Origin: Alphaproteobacteria bacterium
Lineage (GTDB): Bacteria; Pseudomonadota; Alphaproteobacteria; Rs-D84
Reading direction: 5' to 3'
NCBI GenBank assembly: GCA_033345195.1
Contig: JAWPOE010000004.1
Span: forward strand, 182,569-246,568
Length of the DNA stretch: 64,000 nt
Positions 18,747 to 28,846 of this stretch are shown piece after piece. A model generated the notes under the pieces. It had not been told where the DNA came from and made no database searches. It was given only the letters and a program-made list of their open reading frames with translations. Both the position numbers and the translations under genes were made by a program. Positions within the stretch are counted from its first letter, which is position 1; every line of letters starts with the position of its first letter.

Positions 18747-19736
18747 TTATTTTTCCAACCCCAGATGTGCATAACCCGCATCTGTTATTATTCGACCACG
18801 CGGTGTACGCTGCACAAACCCCAGTTGCATTAAATACGGTTCTATAACATCCTCTATCGTATCTGTTGGTTCAGATAGTGCCGCAGACAGATTTTCAATT
18901 CCAACAGGCCCCCCTGCATAGAACTTTATAATTGTATTCATATATTCACGATCGATTTCGTCCAACCCGCATTCATCAATATGTAATTGGAATAGGGTGG
19001 TCTTGATAATATCTGCGGTTATCTGATTTTTTGATAATGCTGCTGCAAAGTCACGCGCACGCTTTAACAAACGATTTGCGATACGTGGCGTTCCACGGGC
19101 AGATTTCGCCAACATCAACGCACCATCCGCATCGATGGGCGTACCCAATATGTTTGCGCTGCGCATAATGATTTTGGCTAAATCATCTGGCGAATAAAAC
19201 GTCAACCGCAAATCGATACCAAACCTATCACGCAATGGATTAGACAACAACCCCGTACGTGTGGTTGCCCCAACCAGCGTAAACGGGGGCAGGTCGATAC
19301 GCACACTTTTCGCACTTGGCCCTTCGCCCAACATGATATCCAGCTTAAAATCTTCCATTGCGGAATATAAAACTTCTTCAATTGCCGTCGGCAAACGATG
19401 AATTTCATCAATAAACAATACATCCATTGGCTCTAACGCTGTCAGAATTGCCGCCAAATCACCTTGCTTGGTCAACATTGGTGCCGCTGTTGCACGAAAA
19501 TTCGTCCCCAATTCATTCGCAACAATATGTGCCAACGTTGTTTTTCCCAAACCCGGGGGGCCATACAGCAGGACATGATCCATTGCCTCGCCCCTATTAC
19601 GCGCACCAGACACAAATACAGACAAATTCTGCTTTAAACTTTCATGCCCAATAAAGTCAGACAATGAACGTGGCCGAATGGACGCCACCATATCGTCTGG
19701 AATATTTGCATCTAAAAATCTTTCTTTATTCTGCAT
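18747..19736 (-). CDS. ruvB: Holliday junction branch-migration helicase RuvB
   Basis: [53 protein letters not shown]+ motifs; 329 aa. Confidence 0.95.
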   Translation of the reverse strand: MQNKERFLDANIPDDMVASIRPRSLSDFIGHESLKQNLSVFVSGARNRGEAMDHVLLYGPPGLGKTTLAHIVANELGTNFRATAAPMLTKQGDLAAILTALEPMDVLFIDEIHRLPTAIEEVLYSAMEDFKLDIMLGEGPSAKSVRIDLPPFTLVGATTRTGLLSNPLRDRFGIDLRLTFYSPDDLAKIIMRSANILGTPIDADGALMLAKSARGTPRIANRLLKRARDFAAALSKNQITADIIKTTLFQLHIDECGLDEIDREYMNTIIKFYAGGPVGIENLSAALSEPTDTIEDVIEPYLMQLGFVQRTPRGRIITDAGYAHLGLEK

Positions 19737-19739
19737 ATC

Positions 19740-20399
19740 TTACAATAACTTATCTTCTTCGTTTTCACGACCAACATAGGCCTTTAAATCATTATACATT
19801 TGTCGCAAATCCGCAGGCTGGCTATACATCGCGTCCGCCCCCTTAACACGAATTGTTTCCAAGTCAATCTGCGCCTGCTTTTTCAATACTTGGGTTAAAT
19901 GTGTTGCAAACGCACGCGCCTCATCAGATTCTGCGGCCCCCTGCAACAACAATCCGCGGTTTGGACGTGGCGACAAAAATGCAAAATCAGATACTGTTGA
20001 ATCAGGCGACACCAATGCAAAACCTGACACCTCTGGCCGACGCATCATCGCCTGCAACACATACCATGCACCCAATTGGTGACCTGCCAACCAAATCTTG
20101 TCACTATCTTCATTATGATTTTGAATCCAGTCAATAACCGTTGCGATATCCAACATATTTTCTGATGTTGTTCCAATTACGCCTTCGGAATCACCAACAC
20201 CACGATAATTAAAGCGCACAACAGAAAAACCAATATCCATAAACGCACGAAACATCGCATACGATACACGGTCATTCATATGATACTTTTGTCGTGGATT
20301 TCCAGATAAAATCACCGCCAGGGGCGCCGCCTCTTGTGCAGACTTATGATATACCGCATGCAACTTGCCAGATTCTCCTGTAATAATAATATCGACCAT
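19740..20399 (-). CDS. Alpha/beta-fold hydrolase
   Basis: 219 aa with a nucleophile-elbow-like AGHQLGAW (GHSxG variant) and alpha/beta hydrolase topology. Confidence 0.55.
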   Translation of the reverse strand: MVDIIITGESGKLHAVYHKSAQEAAPLAVILSGNPRQKYHMNDRVSYAMFRAFMDIGFSVVRFNYRGVGDSEGVIGTTSENMLDIATVIDWIQNHNEDSDKIWLAGHQLGAWYVLQAMMRRPEVSGFALVSPDSTVSDFAFLSPRPNRGLLLQGAAESDEARAFATHLTQVLKKQAQIDLETIRVKGADAMYSQPADLRQMYNDLKAYVGRENEEDKLL

Positions 20400-20537
20400 A
20401 TGATTCCCCTGTAATTATTTTTAGTTCGTACACTAAAATACAACAAAGCAATTAAAAATTTCAATAAAAATATTTTTGTTTTGACACAATAATCCAAAAT
20501 GTTCTAAGATTTGAAAGAGAGAACCAAAGGCAACATC

Positions 20538-21464
20538 ATGTTTAAACCTATTTCTATGACTTTTTTCGCTGTTTTCTGTGCATATTCTGCACACGCCATG
20601 AATAACATGGGTTACGAAGAATTTCAAACAATATATACAGAAACACCGGTACAGTCTTATTATGCATACCCGGACGATCCGAATTTTATTCCAGAATCAG
20701 AATTCATGGAACGCACGGACAGTCTGGATTATGACCAGAATATAATTGCTGCACGCGAAATTGAATCAAAAATGCATCCAGGGGTGATGTTTGCCGATAA
20801 ACCGATGGTTATATGTCGTAATTTTGGTTGCACACGCCTGAACGACCGCATAACCCGCACATTTTTATTTAACAGCCTGGCAAACATGTTCATGATGAAT
20901 GCCCATTCACGCGTTTATATATGCGAGGCAGACCCATTCTCGCGCGATTGTTTGCAATCTGGAATATCATTTCCTGTACGCAGTGGTATTGCCAATGCGA
21001 TGGTAAAAATTCCAAAGGCAACAATATCCCAGGTTAATGTTTCCACCGGATTATCCAAGGCGACTGTTGGTATGACATATGAATTCTTGGTAAACGGCAT
21101 CGACAGACGCTGCGAACCAACCGTTATGGACATCATGGTTCCAATTAATTCCCAGGCAACATTGTCCAACCGCGAATTTGCCTGCAACATAACCAGCGAC
21201 GGTTTCAGCAATGTATCATTAATGGTCAACATTGACTACATCGACCTGGACTATGGTATTTTGGGCGGTTATTATTCCCTGGGGATGCAGGGTCCAACCA
21301 CAGGCGGTGGCACGGGTTACGCATTATTTAAGACAGAATTTGCAACATCTGGCATGCAATTCCGTGCTGCTGTATACGACGAAGAAGAAGATATGCAGGG
21401 CGCCAATAACGCCATGCGTACAATTCAACCCGGCGAATATGCCGTTGAACCATTAAATAAATAG
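20538..21464 (+). CDS. Secreted hypothetical protein
   Basis: Signal peptide MFKPISMTFFAVFCAYSAHA, then a 290-aa domain with four Cys. It sits directly upstream of the two-component genes. Confidence 0.5.
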   Translation: MFKPISMTFFAVFCAYSAHAMNNMGYEEFQTIYTETPVQSYYAYPDDPNFIPESEFMERTDSLDYDQNIIAAREIESKMHPGVMFADKPMVICRNFGCTRLNDRITRTFLFNSLANMFMMNAHSRVYICEADPFSRDCLQSGISFPVRSGIANAMVKIPKATISQVNVSTGLSKATVGMTYEFLVNGIDRRCEPTVMDIMVPINSQATLSNREFACNITSDGFSNVSLMVNIDYIDLDYGILGGYYSLGMQGPTTGGGTGYALFKTEFATSGMQFRAAVYDEEEDMQGANNAMRTIQPGEYAVEPLNK

Positions 21465-21467
21465 TTA

Positions 21468-22124
21468 ATGACAAACAAAGTGATTCTTATTATTGACGAT
21501 GACGATATTTTACGCAACGCCTTGGCCAAGGGCCTGCGCAAAGATGGTTTCGACATAATAACATCACCATCTGCTGAAAACGCAACTGACATTTTAAAGC
21601 GCATTCGTGTCAACGCAATTGTCCTGGACAGAATGATGACCGGCATGGATGGTCTGACATTCTTAAAAAAAATCCGTGGTACAGGCGACACAACACCCGT
21701 GATTATGTTAACTGCAATGACTGGCGCAGAAAACGCAATTGACGGTCTGTCTGGTGGGGCGAATGATTATCTGGCCAAACCGTTTCAAATACGCGAATTA
21801 GTTCTGCGTTTAAACAATATAATAAAAAATGCCCCCTGTGTTGAACCAACCGCGCCAAATGGTATGACGTTCATCAATAATGAATTTTATATCTCTGACC
21901 CAACAGACGCCACAAGTCCAACAAAAATATTGGCATTGTCTGGCGAAGAGAAGAAATTATTACAGCATTTAATCACACCAATTGGCAATATCGTTCCTGC
22001 ATCACCAATGGTTGCAAAACGCTTGCGCAACAAAATAAATGTTGTATTATCAAACCTAGATATAATAACAATTCGTGGTCGCGGATATAAGTTAGTCGAC
22101 AAAACCGCACAAACGAATAACTAA
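21468..22124 (+). CDS. OmpR-family two-component response regulator
   Basis: REC domain (ILIIDDDD.., phospho-acceptor Asp in IVLDRMMTGMDG, TAMTGAENAIDGLSGGANDYLAKPF) and a C-terminal winged helix (ITIRGRGYKLV). Confidence 0.85.
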   Translation: MTNKVILIIDDDDILRNALAKGLRKDGFDIITSPSAENATDILKRIRVNAIVLDRMMTGMDGLTFLKKIRGTGDTTPVIMLTAMTGAENAIDGLSGGANDYLAKPFQIRELVLRLNNIIKNAPCVEPTAPNGMTFINNEFYISDPTDATSPTKILALSGEEKKLLQHLITPIGNIVPASPMVAKRLRNKINVVLSNLDIITIRGRGYKLVDKTAQTNN

Positions 22125-22139
22125 CAAAGGCACTTTGGC

Positions 22140-23420
22140 ATGAGATTGACACCACGCAGTTTTTTATGGCGCACAATATTAATGATATTAGTTCCACTGG
22201 TCGTTGCACTTGTTATTATTGCCAACGTTTTTTTTGGCAATCACTGGTCACGTGTACACGACACGCTTGCACGTACTTTGGCGGGCGAAATTACAACCAT
22301 GATGAACTTTATGGATGCCGGCAACCCAGAATCTGCCCAGCAAATGGCGCGTGATATTGGCATCAATGTCACAATAAATGAACATCTTAACCGCCCTAAA
22401 AAGAACGACAACGACTCGCACGAGGCTGGAAAACTGGCGTCCGAACTGTCTAAACGCCTGAAACGTCCTGCAAAATTGTATATTGACAAGGGCAAACGTC
22501 TTGTCTTTATTGACGTCCCAACCAAGGACAATAAAACCGCAACGTTTGGCACATCATTGTATCGTATCTATTCAACCAGTACCGAAGTATTTATCATCTG
22601 GTTATTGGGTTCAATCTTAATCGTATCAATATTGATATCGCCATTTATTATCATGCACACACGCAGCATACGCCGCATTGCCAAGGCTGCAAACCGTTTT
22701 GGTCGCGGTCTGGACGCGCCCGGATTTGAACCAACCGGATCCAAAGAAATCCGTGACGCCGCAAAATCAATGATTACAATGAAGGAACGTCTGGACAGAT
22801 ATAATCGCACACGTACAGACATGCTAAACGCGGTCAGCCATGACTTAAAGGCCCCCCTGACACGCATGCGTCTGGCAATTGAAACAGAAACCGCAACAAA
22901 TGATGAATTAATCCGCGACATTGACAGAATGACAGAAATGGTAAACGGGTATCTGGCGTTTGCACGTGGCGAAAACCCAGAAATAGAACAGGCAACCGAA
23001 TTACCGCCAATGTTAACACGCATTGCCCGTGATGCGGCCGGCGACAAAAAAATCATCACAGATTTCCCAGAAACACCGGCACAATTCTATGCCCGTCCAA
23101 TGGCGCTGGCGCGCGCATTCAGCAACATAATTGAAAATGCGGCCCGATATGCAAATAAAAACATCCGCATCGTTGAACACGACGGTCCAGAATCTGTTGA
23201 AATTATAATCGAAGACGACGGTCCTGGTATCCCGGACGAACGCAAAAAAGACGCACTGCGTCCATTCGTACGCCTGGACGACGCACGACGTGCCGACACC
23301 GGCGGCACAGGATTGGGGTTATCAATCGCCCAAACCGCCATTGAAAACCACGGCGGTCAAATGTTCCTGGAAGACAGCGAACTGGGCGGATTAAAAGTTA
23401 GAATTGTTTTACCGATATAA
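22140..23420 (+). CDS. Sensor histidine kinase (membrane, EnvZ-like)
   Basis: Two TM helices, a HAMP-like region, the H-box LNAVSHDLKAPLTRMRL and HATPase_c G-boxes (DDGPGIP, GGTGLGLSIAQ). Confidence 0.85.
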   Translation: MRLTPRSFLWRTILMILVPLVVALVIIANVFFGNHWSRVHDTLARTLAGEITTMMNFMDAGNPESAQQMARDIGINVTINEHLNRPKKNDNDSHEAGKLASELSKRLKRPAKLYIDKGKRLVFIDVPTKDNKTATFGTSLYRIYSTSTEVFIIWLLGSILIVSILISPFIIMHTRSIRRIAKAANRFGRGLDAPGFEPTGSKEIRDAAKSMITMKERLDRYNRTRTDMLNAVSHDLKAPLTRMRLAIETETATNDELIRDIDRMTEMVNGYLAFARGENPEIEQATELPPMLTRIARDAAGDKKIITDFPETPAQFYARPMALARAFSNIIENAARYANKNIRIVEHDGPESVEIIIEDDGPGIPDERKKDALRPFVRLDDARRADTGGTGLGLSIAQTAIENHGGQMFLEDSELGGLKVRIVLPI

Positions 23421-23447
23421 TTACAAGCATACAAAGAGTATATAAAA

Positions 23448-25154
23448 ATGAACCTATATAAACACGTATCAAACGCGATAAATGAAAAATTGGGGCTTAA
23501 GGTTAATTTAGAGGTTCCACGCAACCGCGATTTTGGCGACTTTTCAACAAACGCCGCCATGGTAATGGCAAAATCCGCCGGAAAAAACCCACGTGAATTG
23601 GCGACCGAAATTGCACCCAAACTGGCAGAGCTGGACTTTGTTGCCGAAACATCCGTTGCCGGCCCCGGTTTTATTAACATTAAATTAAAAGATGATTTTA
23701 TTTGGCAATTTGCCCGCCAAGAACAATCACCACGCACTGATGCGCCACAAACAATCGATTTAGACTATGGCGCATACAACGTTGCAAAATCCCTGCACAT
23801 TGGGCATTTGCGCACATCGATTGTTGGCGACACTTTTAACCGCATTGCGCGTCTGTTGGGGCATAAAACATATTCTTGGAATCATATTGGCGACTGGGGC
23901 AAGCCAATGGCATTGGTTATCGCATGGATTGAACGCCTGCACCCAGAATTGCCGTATTTCAGTGATAATTTCGACCCAAACACACCAGTTGATTTTGACA
24001 TCAACCCCACAGAATTAAATACCTATTATCCATTGGCCAGTTCTTTTGCCAAAGAAAATCCGGATTTCCAGGCACATGCCCAGGATATCAAGGCAAAATT
24101 CCAAAACGGCCATGCTGGTTATTTTGCCCTGTATGAAAAGTTCTTAAAAATATCTATGCAAATGATGCAAGAAACGGTCAACAGACTAAACATATTGCCA
24201 TTTGATTATGATTTAGGCGAACGCAATGCGGCACAATATCTGGATGACGTAGAAAAGATTTTGCGTGCCAAGAATTTAATTATTGAAAGTGACGGTGCCC
24301 AGGTCATCGTTGTAAAGCGCGACACTGACAACAAACCAATGCCACCATATATGTGGACAGATTCACGTGGCGCAGACACGTACGACTCAACCGACTTGGC
24401 GGCGGTTTATTGTCGCAAACAGACTGACAACCCAGACAGAATCATTTACTTTACAGACCTGCGCCAAGGATTACATTTTGAACAATTATTCCGTGCATCT
24501 GAAATTTCTGGGATATTTGACTACAATAATTTAGAACACATCGGATACGGCACAATCAACGGTCGCGACGGGAAACCATTCAAGACACGTGACGGCAACG
24601 CTGCCGGTCTGGACGATATTATTGACGCAGTAAACATTGCCGTTCGCGAACGTGTATCAGAATCCGGCAAAACATTGGACGAAGACACAATTCGCGCAAT
24701 TGCATTGGCCGCAGTTAAATTCAACGATTTGATGCACGACGTTCGTTCAGATTATATATTTGACCCTGCATCTGTCACCAGTTTCGAAGGGCGCACTGGA
24801 CCATACATTCTGTATACCGCGGTGCGCTTAAACAGTGTTCTGAAACGCGCGACATTTGATGCAGACGCATCATATATGCCAATGACCACAGACGAACGCA
24901 ACTTGTTAATTGGTGTATTGGATTTTGAACGCACCGTACACTGCGCATTTGAAAACCGTGCCACAGACATGATTGCCAACTATGCATACGATTTGTGTCA
25001 GTTGATTAACACATTCTATCACAATTGCCCAATTTTGCGCGATGATGTTCCATCCGACATACGGGCAGGGCGTCTGCACATTGTAAACGTTGCACGCGAC
25101 ACATTGGCAAAAACAATTGATTTAATGGGCCTTAAAATCCCGAACGAAATGTAA
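23448..25154 (+). CDS. argS: Arginine--tRNA ligase
   Basis: 568 aa with HIGH-type motif SLHIGHLRTSIVGD, an N-terminal Arg_tRNA_synt_N domain and a DALR-like C-terminus. Confidence 0.95.
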   Translation: MNLYKHVSNAINEKLGLKVNLEVPRNRDFGDFSTNAAMVMAKSAGKNPRELATEIAPKLAELDFVAETSVAGPGFINIKLKDDFIWQFARQEQSPRTDAPQTIDLDYGAYNVAKSLHIGHLRTSIVGDTFNRIARLLGHKTYSWNHIGDWGKPMALVIAWIERLHPELPYFSDNFDPNTPVDFDINPTELNTYYPLASSFAKENPDFQAHAQDIKAKFQNGHAGYFALYEKFLKISMQMMQETVNRLNILPFDYDLGERNAAQYLDDVEKILRAKNLIIESDGAQVIVVKRDTDNKPMPPYMWTDSRGADTYDSTDLAAVYCRKQTDNPDRIIYFTDLRQGLHFEQLFRASEISGIFDYNNLEHIGYGTINGRDGKPFKTRDGNAAGLDDIIDAVNIAVRERVSESGKTLDEDTIRAIALAAVKFNDLMHDVRSDYIFDPASVTSFEGRTGPYILYTAVRLNSVLKRATFDADASYMPMTTDERNLLIGVLDFERTVHCAFENRATDMIANYAYDLCQLINTFYHNCPILRDDVPSDIRAGRLHIVNVARDTLAKTIDLMGLKIPNEM

Positions 25155-25160
25155 CCAAAC

Positions 25161-25190
25161 AAAAAAAACGCCCAAACGGGCGTTTTTTAT
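25161..25190 (+). terminator. Rho-independent terminator after argS
   Basis: AAAAAAAACGCCCAAACGGGCGTTTTTTAT. Confidence 0.75.
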
Positions 25191-25304
25191 ATTTTAAATC
25201 ATCTATACGGTACAATAATACCATATCGATTTTTCTTGACATTTCTATGGCTTTTCGTCATAATAGCGACGCTTTAATTAATTAAAACAACAAGGAAAAC
25301 AAAA

Positions 25305-25778
25305 ATGGCAGCGACAAAATCGTTAAAAAAATGCGAATTAGACGCCAAATGGTATCTGATTGACGCAACTGATTGCACGCTGGGTCGTTTGGCAGCATAT
25401 ACTGCAAACATCTTGCGTGGCAAGCATAAGCCAACATGGACACCAAACATGGATTGCGGTGACCACGTTATCATCATCAACGCGGACAAGGTTGCATTGT
25501 CTGGTCACAAGGCTGATAAAGATCGTTTCTTCTGGCATTCATTGTGGACAGGTTCTTTGAAATCACGCACATTGGGTCAGATGCGTTCTGAAAAACCAGA
25601 AAAATTGGTTTTCAACGCTGTAAAGCGCATGATGGGTCGTCGCACCGCGGTTGCATTGGCAAATCAACGTTTGACCAAATTGCACGTTTATGCAGGCGCA
25701 GAACACAAACACGAAGCACAGAAACCAGTCGTTATTGATTTCGGTGGCTTGAACCGTAAGAACAAAAGGGGCGAATAA
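25305..25778 (+). CDS. rplM: 50S ribosomal protein L13
   Basis: [44 protein letters not shown] is the L13 signature. Confidence 0.95.
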   Translation: MAATKSLKKCELDAKWYLIDATDCTLGRLAAYTANILRGKHKPTWTPNMDCGDHVIIINADKVALSGHKADKDRFFWHSLWTGSLKSRTLGQMRSEKPEKLVFNAVKRMMGRRTAVALANQRLTKLHVYAGAEHKHEAQKPVVIDFGGLNRKNKRGE

Positions 25779-26263
25779 TGGCAGAAGCAAAAAAAACAGC
25801 AACAAAGACAGTTAAAAAAGCTGCCCCTGCAAAAAAAGCAACTGCAAAGAAAGCACCAGTTGCTGCACCAAAGTTAACAGACGCAACATACGCAACAGGT
25901 AAACGTAAAGATTCCGTTGCACGCGTATACTTGGTCCCAGGCAAGGGCAACATCACAGTTAACGGCAAACCATCCAACGAATACTTCCGTCGTGCAGTAT
26001 TACAGATGATTATCGCACAGCCATTCGGTGTCACAAAACGCGAAACCGCATATGACATCGTTGCAATGGTCGAAGGTGGCGGTTTATCTGGTCAGGCTGG
26101 TGCTGTAAAACACGGTATTTCCAAGGCATTGGAAAAAATCGAACCAGAATTACGCGCTGTATTGAAGTCTGCAGGCTTCTTGACACGCGACAGCCGTGTT
26201 GTTGAACGTAAACACTACGGTTACCGCAAGGCACGTCGTTCTACACAGTTCAGCAAACGTTAA
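25778..26263 (+). CDS. rpsI: 30S ribosomal protein S9 (with Lys/Ala-rich N-terminal extension)
   Basis: C-terminal [17 protein letters not shown]9 signature. The start overlaps the rplM stop (ATAATGG). Confidence 0.95.
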   Translation: MAEAKKTATKTVKKAAPAKKATAKKAPVAAPKLTDATYATGKRKDSVARVYLVPGKGNITVNGKPSNEYFRRAVLQMIIAQPFGVTKRETAYDIVAMVEGGGLSGQAGAVKHGISKALEKIEPELRAVLKSAGFLTRDSRVVERKHYGYRKARRSTQFSKR

Positions 26264-26420
26264 GTTTGCGGAACAAAAAACCGTTCACTCGAACGGTTTT
26301 TTTATTGCATCATCAAACCTATGATGCAATTTGTCATTCCGGGCATGCAAAATTGCATGGGAACGGAATCAGCAAACGTTAAGTTTGTGGAACCAAAAAA
26401 ATCCCGCCCCGGCGGGATTT
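26243..26420. repeat. Duplicated rpsI 3'-end segment (about 30 bp, CAGCAAACGTTAAGTTTG(C/T)GGAAC(A/C)AAAAAA), each copy with its own terminator hairpin, separated by two perfect palindromes
   Basis: Copy 1 at about 26248-26280 is the true end of the gene; copy 2 is at about 26372-26402. TTGCATCATcaaacctATGATGCAA and CATGCAAaatTTGCATG hairpins lie between them. A second terminator, CCCGCCCCGGCGGGATTTTTTATT, follows. Confidence 0.8.
26275..26304 (+). terminator. Terminator after rpsI
   Basis: CCGTTCACTCGAACGG hairpin followed by TTTTTTTATT. Confidence 0.7.
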
Positions 26421-26489
26421 TTTATTATTGCGCTTTGTAAAAAAACTTTGTATAGTCAGACAGCAAATTGTATACAAAGGGAATTTAAT

Positions 26490-27797
26490 ATGTTCAAAAA
26501 AGAAAAAATCAAAGATTTACACTATTCAGTTAATGGCGTAATTCCGGCTGATAAATTACAGGCAGCTGCCGATGAAATCTTGCTGGAATACGGCAAAAAG
26601 GTTAAAATGCCTGGCTTTCGCACAGGTAAGGTTCCATTAAACATCCTGCGTCAAAAATACAACGCATCTGCATACGGCGAAGCAATTGATAAATTAATGA
26701 ACGATGACTTAAACGATTATATCGCTGATAAAAAAATCCGCTTGGCTGGCGCACCAAAGGCAGACCTGGCCGGCTGGGAAATCGGCAAAGACGCAGAATA
26801 CAGCATGGAATTTGATATTCTGCCAACACTGCCTGCAATTGATTTGGAAAAATTCACAATCACCAAGAAAGTTGCAGAACTGGACGAAAAAGAAGTTGAA
26901 ACAGCATTGGAAAACATCCGCAAATCACGCAGTGTCGCAGAAAAACAGGACGAAAAATACAAGGCTGCAAATGGCGACGTCGCTGTAATTGATTTCAAGG
27001 GCTTTGTCGGCGACGAAGCATTCGAAGGTGGCGAAGCAAAGAAACACCATCTGATTTTGGGTTCTGGTGCATTTATCCCAGGCTTTGAAGATCAAATCAT
27101 CGGTCATAAAATCGGCGACAAGTTTGATGTTAACGTTAAATTCCCAGCCGAATATCACGCAGCAAACCTGGCAGGCAAAGATGCCCGTTTCGCGGTTGAA
27201 ATCCACGAAATTCGCAAACATATCTTGCCAGAATTAAATGACGAATTGGCAAAAACAGTTGGCCAAGAATCAGTTGATGCATTGAAACAACATATTCGCA
27301 ATATCTTAATCGAACAATACAACGATGCCGCACAACGCGAAATGCGCAACGAATTGCTGGACATCTTGGGCGACAAGGTTAAGTTAGACCTGCCAGAAAC
27401 ATTGGTTGAACAAGAATACAACATGGCCAAGGCTGAATTCGATCGTAATCACTCACACTGCCATGACGAAAAATGCGACCACAAATGGGACGAAAAATCC
27501 GAACGCAAAGATGCCGAACGCCGCGTAAAATTGGGCTTAATCTTGGCAGAGTGGGGCACACAAAACAAAGTCGAAGTATCACGTGACGACCTGCAACAAG
27601 CCATCTGGGCCGAGGCTGCACGCTATCCAGATCCAAAACAGGTTTTTGAATTCTATAACAAGAATCAAAACGCCGTGGCAATGTTGCGTGGCATGCTGTT
27701 TGAACGCAAAGCGCTGGACGCAATGCTGACACACGTCAAGACCAAAGAAAAAAAGGTCAAAGCCGACGATTTGTTCAAACAAGCATCTGTACGATAA
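26490..27797 (+). CDS. tig: Trigger factor (ribosome-associated chaperone/PPIase)
   Basis: An N-terminal ribosome-binding region (GFRTGKVP), a central FKBP-type PPIase domain (DFKGFVGDEAFEGG) and a C-terminal arm; 436 aa from ATG 26490. Confidence 0.9.
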   Translation: MFKKEKIKDLHYSVNGVIPADKLQAAADEILLEYGKKVKMPGFRTGKVPLNILRQKYNASAYGEAIDKLMNDDLNDYIADKKIRLAGAPKADLAGWEIGKDAEYSMEFDILPTLPAIDLEKFTITKKVAELDEKEVETALENIRKSRSVAEKQDEKYKAANGDVAVIDFKGFVGDEAFEGGEAKKHHLILGSGAFIPGFEDQIIGHKIGDKFDVNVKFPAEYHAANLAGKDARFAVEIHEIRKHILPELNDELAKTVGQESVDALKQHIRNILIEQYNDAAQREMRNELLDILGDKVKLDLPETLVEQEYNMAKAEFDRNHSHCHDEKCDHKWDEKSERKDAERRVKLGLILAEWGTQNKVEVSRDDLQQAIWAEAARYPDPKQVFEFYNKNQNAVAMLRGMLFERKALDAMLTHVKTKEKKVKADDLFKQASVR

Positions 27798-27802
27798 ATG
27801 CA

Positions 27803-27829
27803 TAGCGCGCCATTGGCGCGCTCTTTTCT
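27803..27829 (+). terminator. Terminator after tig
   Basis: AGCGCGCCATTGGCGCGCT hairpin followed by CTTTTCT. Confidence 0.6.
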
Positions 27830-27843
27830 ATAAAGGACAATAA

Positions 27844-28812
27844 ATGAAAGCATATTTAGACATACTGGGCGACATTTATAAAAACAGAACAGACATTCGC
27901 AACAACCGAACCGGCATTCCTGATATCGGAATTGGTCACGGTGCAACATTTGTTCACGATATGGACATGGGATTCCCACTGATTACGACCAAGAAAATGG
28001 GACTAAAAAATATTGCAACAGAATTAGAATTTTTCCTGCACGGAATCACCGATAAAAAATGGCTAACTGACCGCAACTGCAAAATCTGGAACGAATGGGC
28101 AAATCCGGTCAAAGTTGAGCAGGAATACAACACACGAATAGACGCACTAAAACACCTTAACATAACCCTATGCGACAAGAGCAAACAAATAGTCCGCAAT
28201 TCTATCATGGATAAAGAGCGCGACCTGGGGCCAATCTATGGATTCCAATGGCGTCACTTTGGCGGCGAATATCAGTGGGACGAAAATCGCATAGAACGAA
28301 ATCCGACAGATAATTTTAACCCCCAAAAACCAGGCATCGACCAAGTCGCAAACGCAATTGATAAAATAAAGAACAACCCAAACGACCGTCGTATTATTGT
28401 ATCTGCGTGGAATCCGGTCGACTTTCCACAAATGGCATTACCACCATGCCACATGATGCACCAATTAATTGTACGCGACGGCAAATTGAATTTAATTTGG
28501 ACCCAACGTTCATGCGACATGTTCTTAGGGATTCCTTATAACATTGCCAGTTACGCACTGTTGTTGCTGCTATACGCCAAAGAGGCGGGTTTAAAGCCCG
28601 GCATTCTAAAAGGCGAATTACACGACGCACATATTTACACAAACCATCTGCCCCAGGTTGCGACACAATTGCAACGCAAACCGCATCCATTACCAACCGT
28701 TGAAATACCAGACGAAAACTGGCGTGGCATGTTAAAATGGCACGCAAATGATGGTTTTAAATTAAAAGACTACGTTTGTCACGAACGCCTGCGTGGCGAC
28801 GTTGCCCGATAA
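27844..28812 (+). CDS. thyA: Thymidylate synthase ThyA
   Basis: Active-site region ALPPCHMMHQLIVRDGKLNLIWTQRSCDMFLGIPYNIASYALL plus folate-binding motifs; 322 aa (long form with insertions). Confidence 0.9.
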   Translation: MKAYLDILGDIYKNRTDIRNNRTGIPDIGIGHGATFVHDMDMGFPLITTKKMGLKNIATELEFFLHGITDKKWLTDRNCKIWNEWANPVKVEQEYNTRIDALKHLNITLCDKSKQIVRNSIMDKERDLGPIYGFQWRHFGGEYQWDENRIERNPTDNFNPQKPGIDQVANAIDKIKNNPNDRRIIVSAWNPVDFPQMALPPCHMMHQLIVRDGKLNLIWTQRSCDMFLGIPYNIASYALLLLLYAKEAGLKPGILKGELHDAHIYTNHLPQVATQLQRKPHPLPTVEIPDENWRGMLKWHANDGFKLKDYVCHERLRGDVAR

Positions 28813-28846
28813 AAAAAACGCCCAAAAGGGCGTTTTTTTTAGTTCA
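28812..28846. terminator. Bidirectional terminator between thyA (+) and the 28839..31067 gene (-)
   Basis: AAAAAAAACGCCCAAAAGGGCGTTTTTTTT, with A-run and T-run flanks. Confidence 0.75.

Noticed and set aside
21468-22124. Whether the OmpR-family regulator is CtrA (given GcrA is present)
   Set aside because: The receiver and winged-helix sequences do not match the highly conserved CtrA signature, and the gene is paired with a membrane EnvZ-like kinase. It was therefore called a generic OmpR-family regulator.
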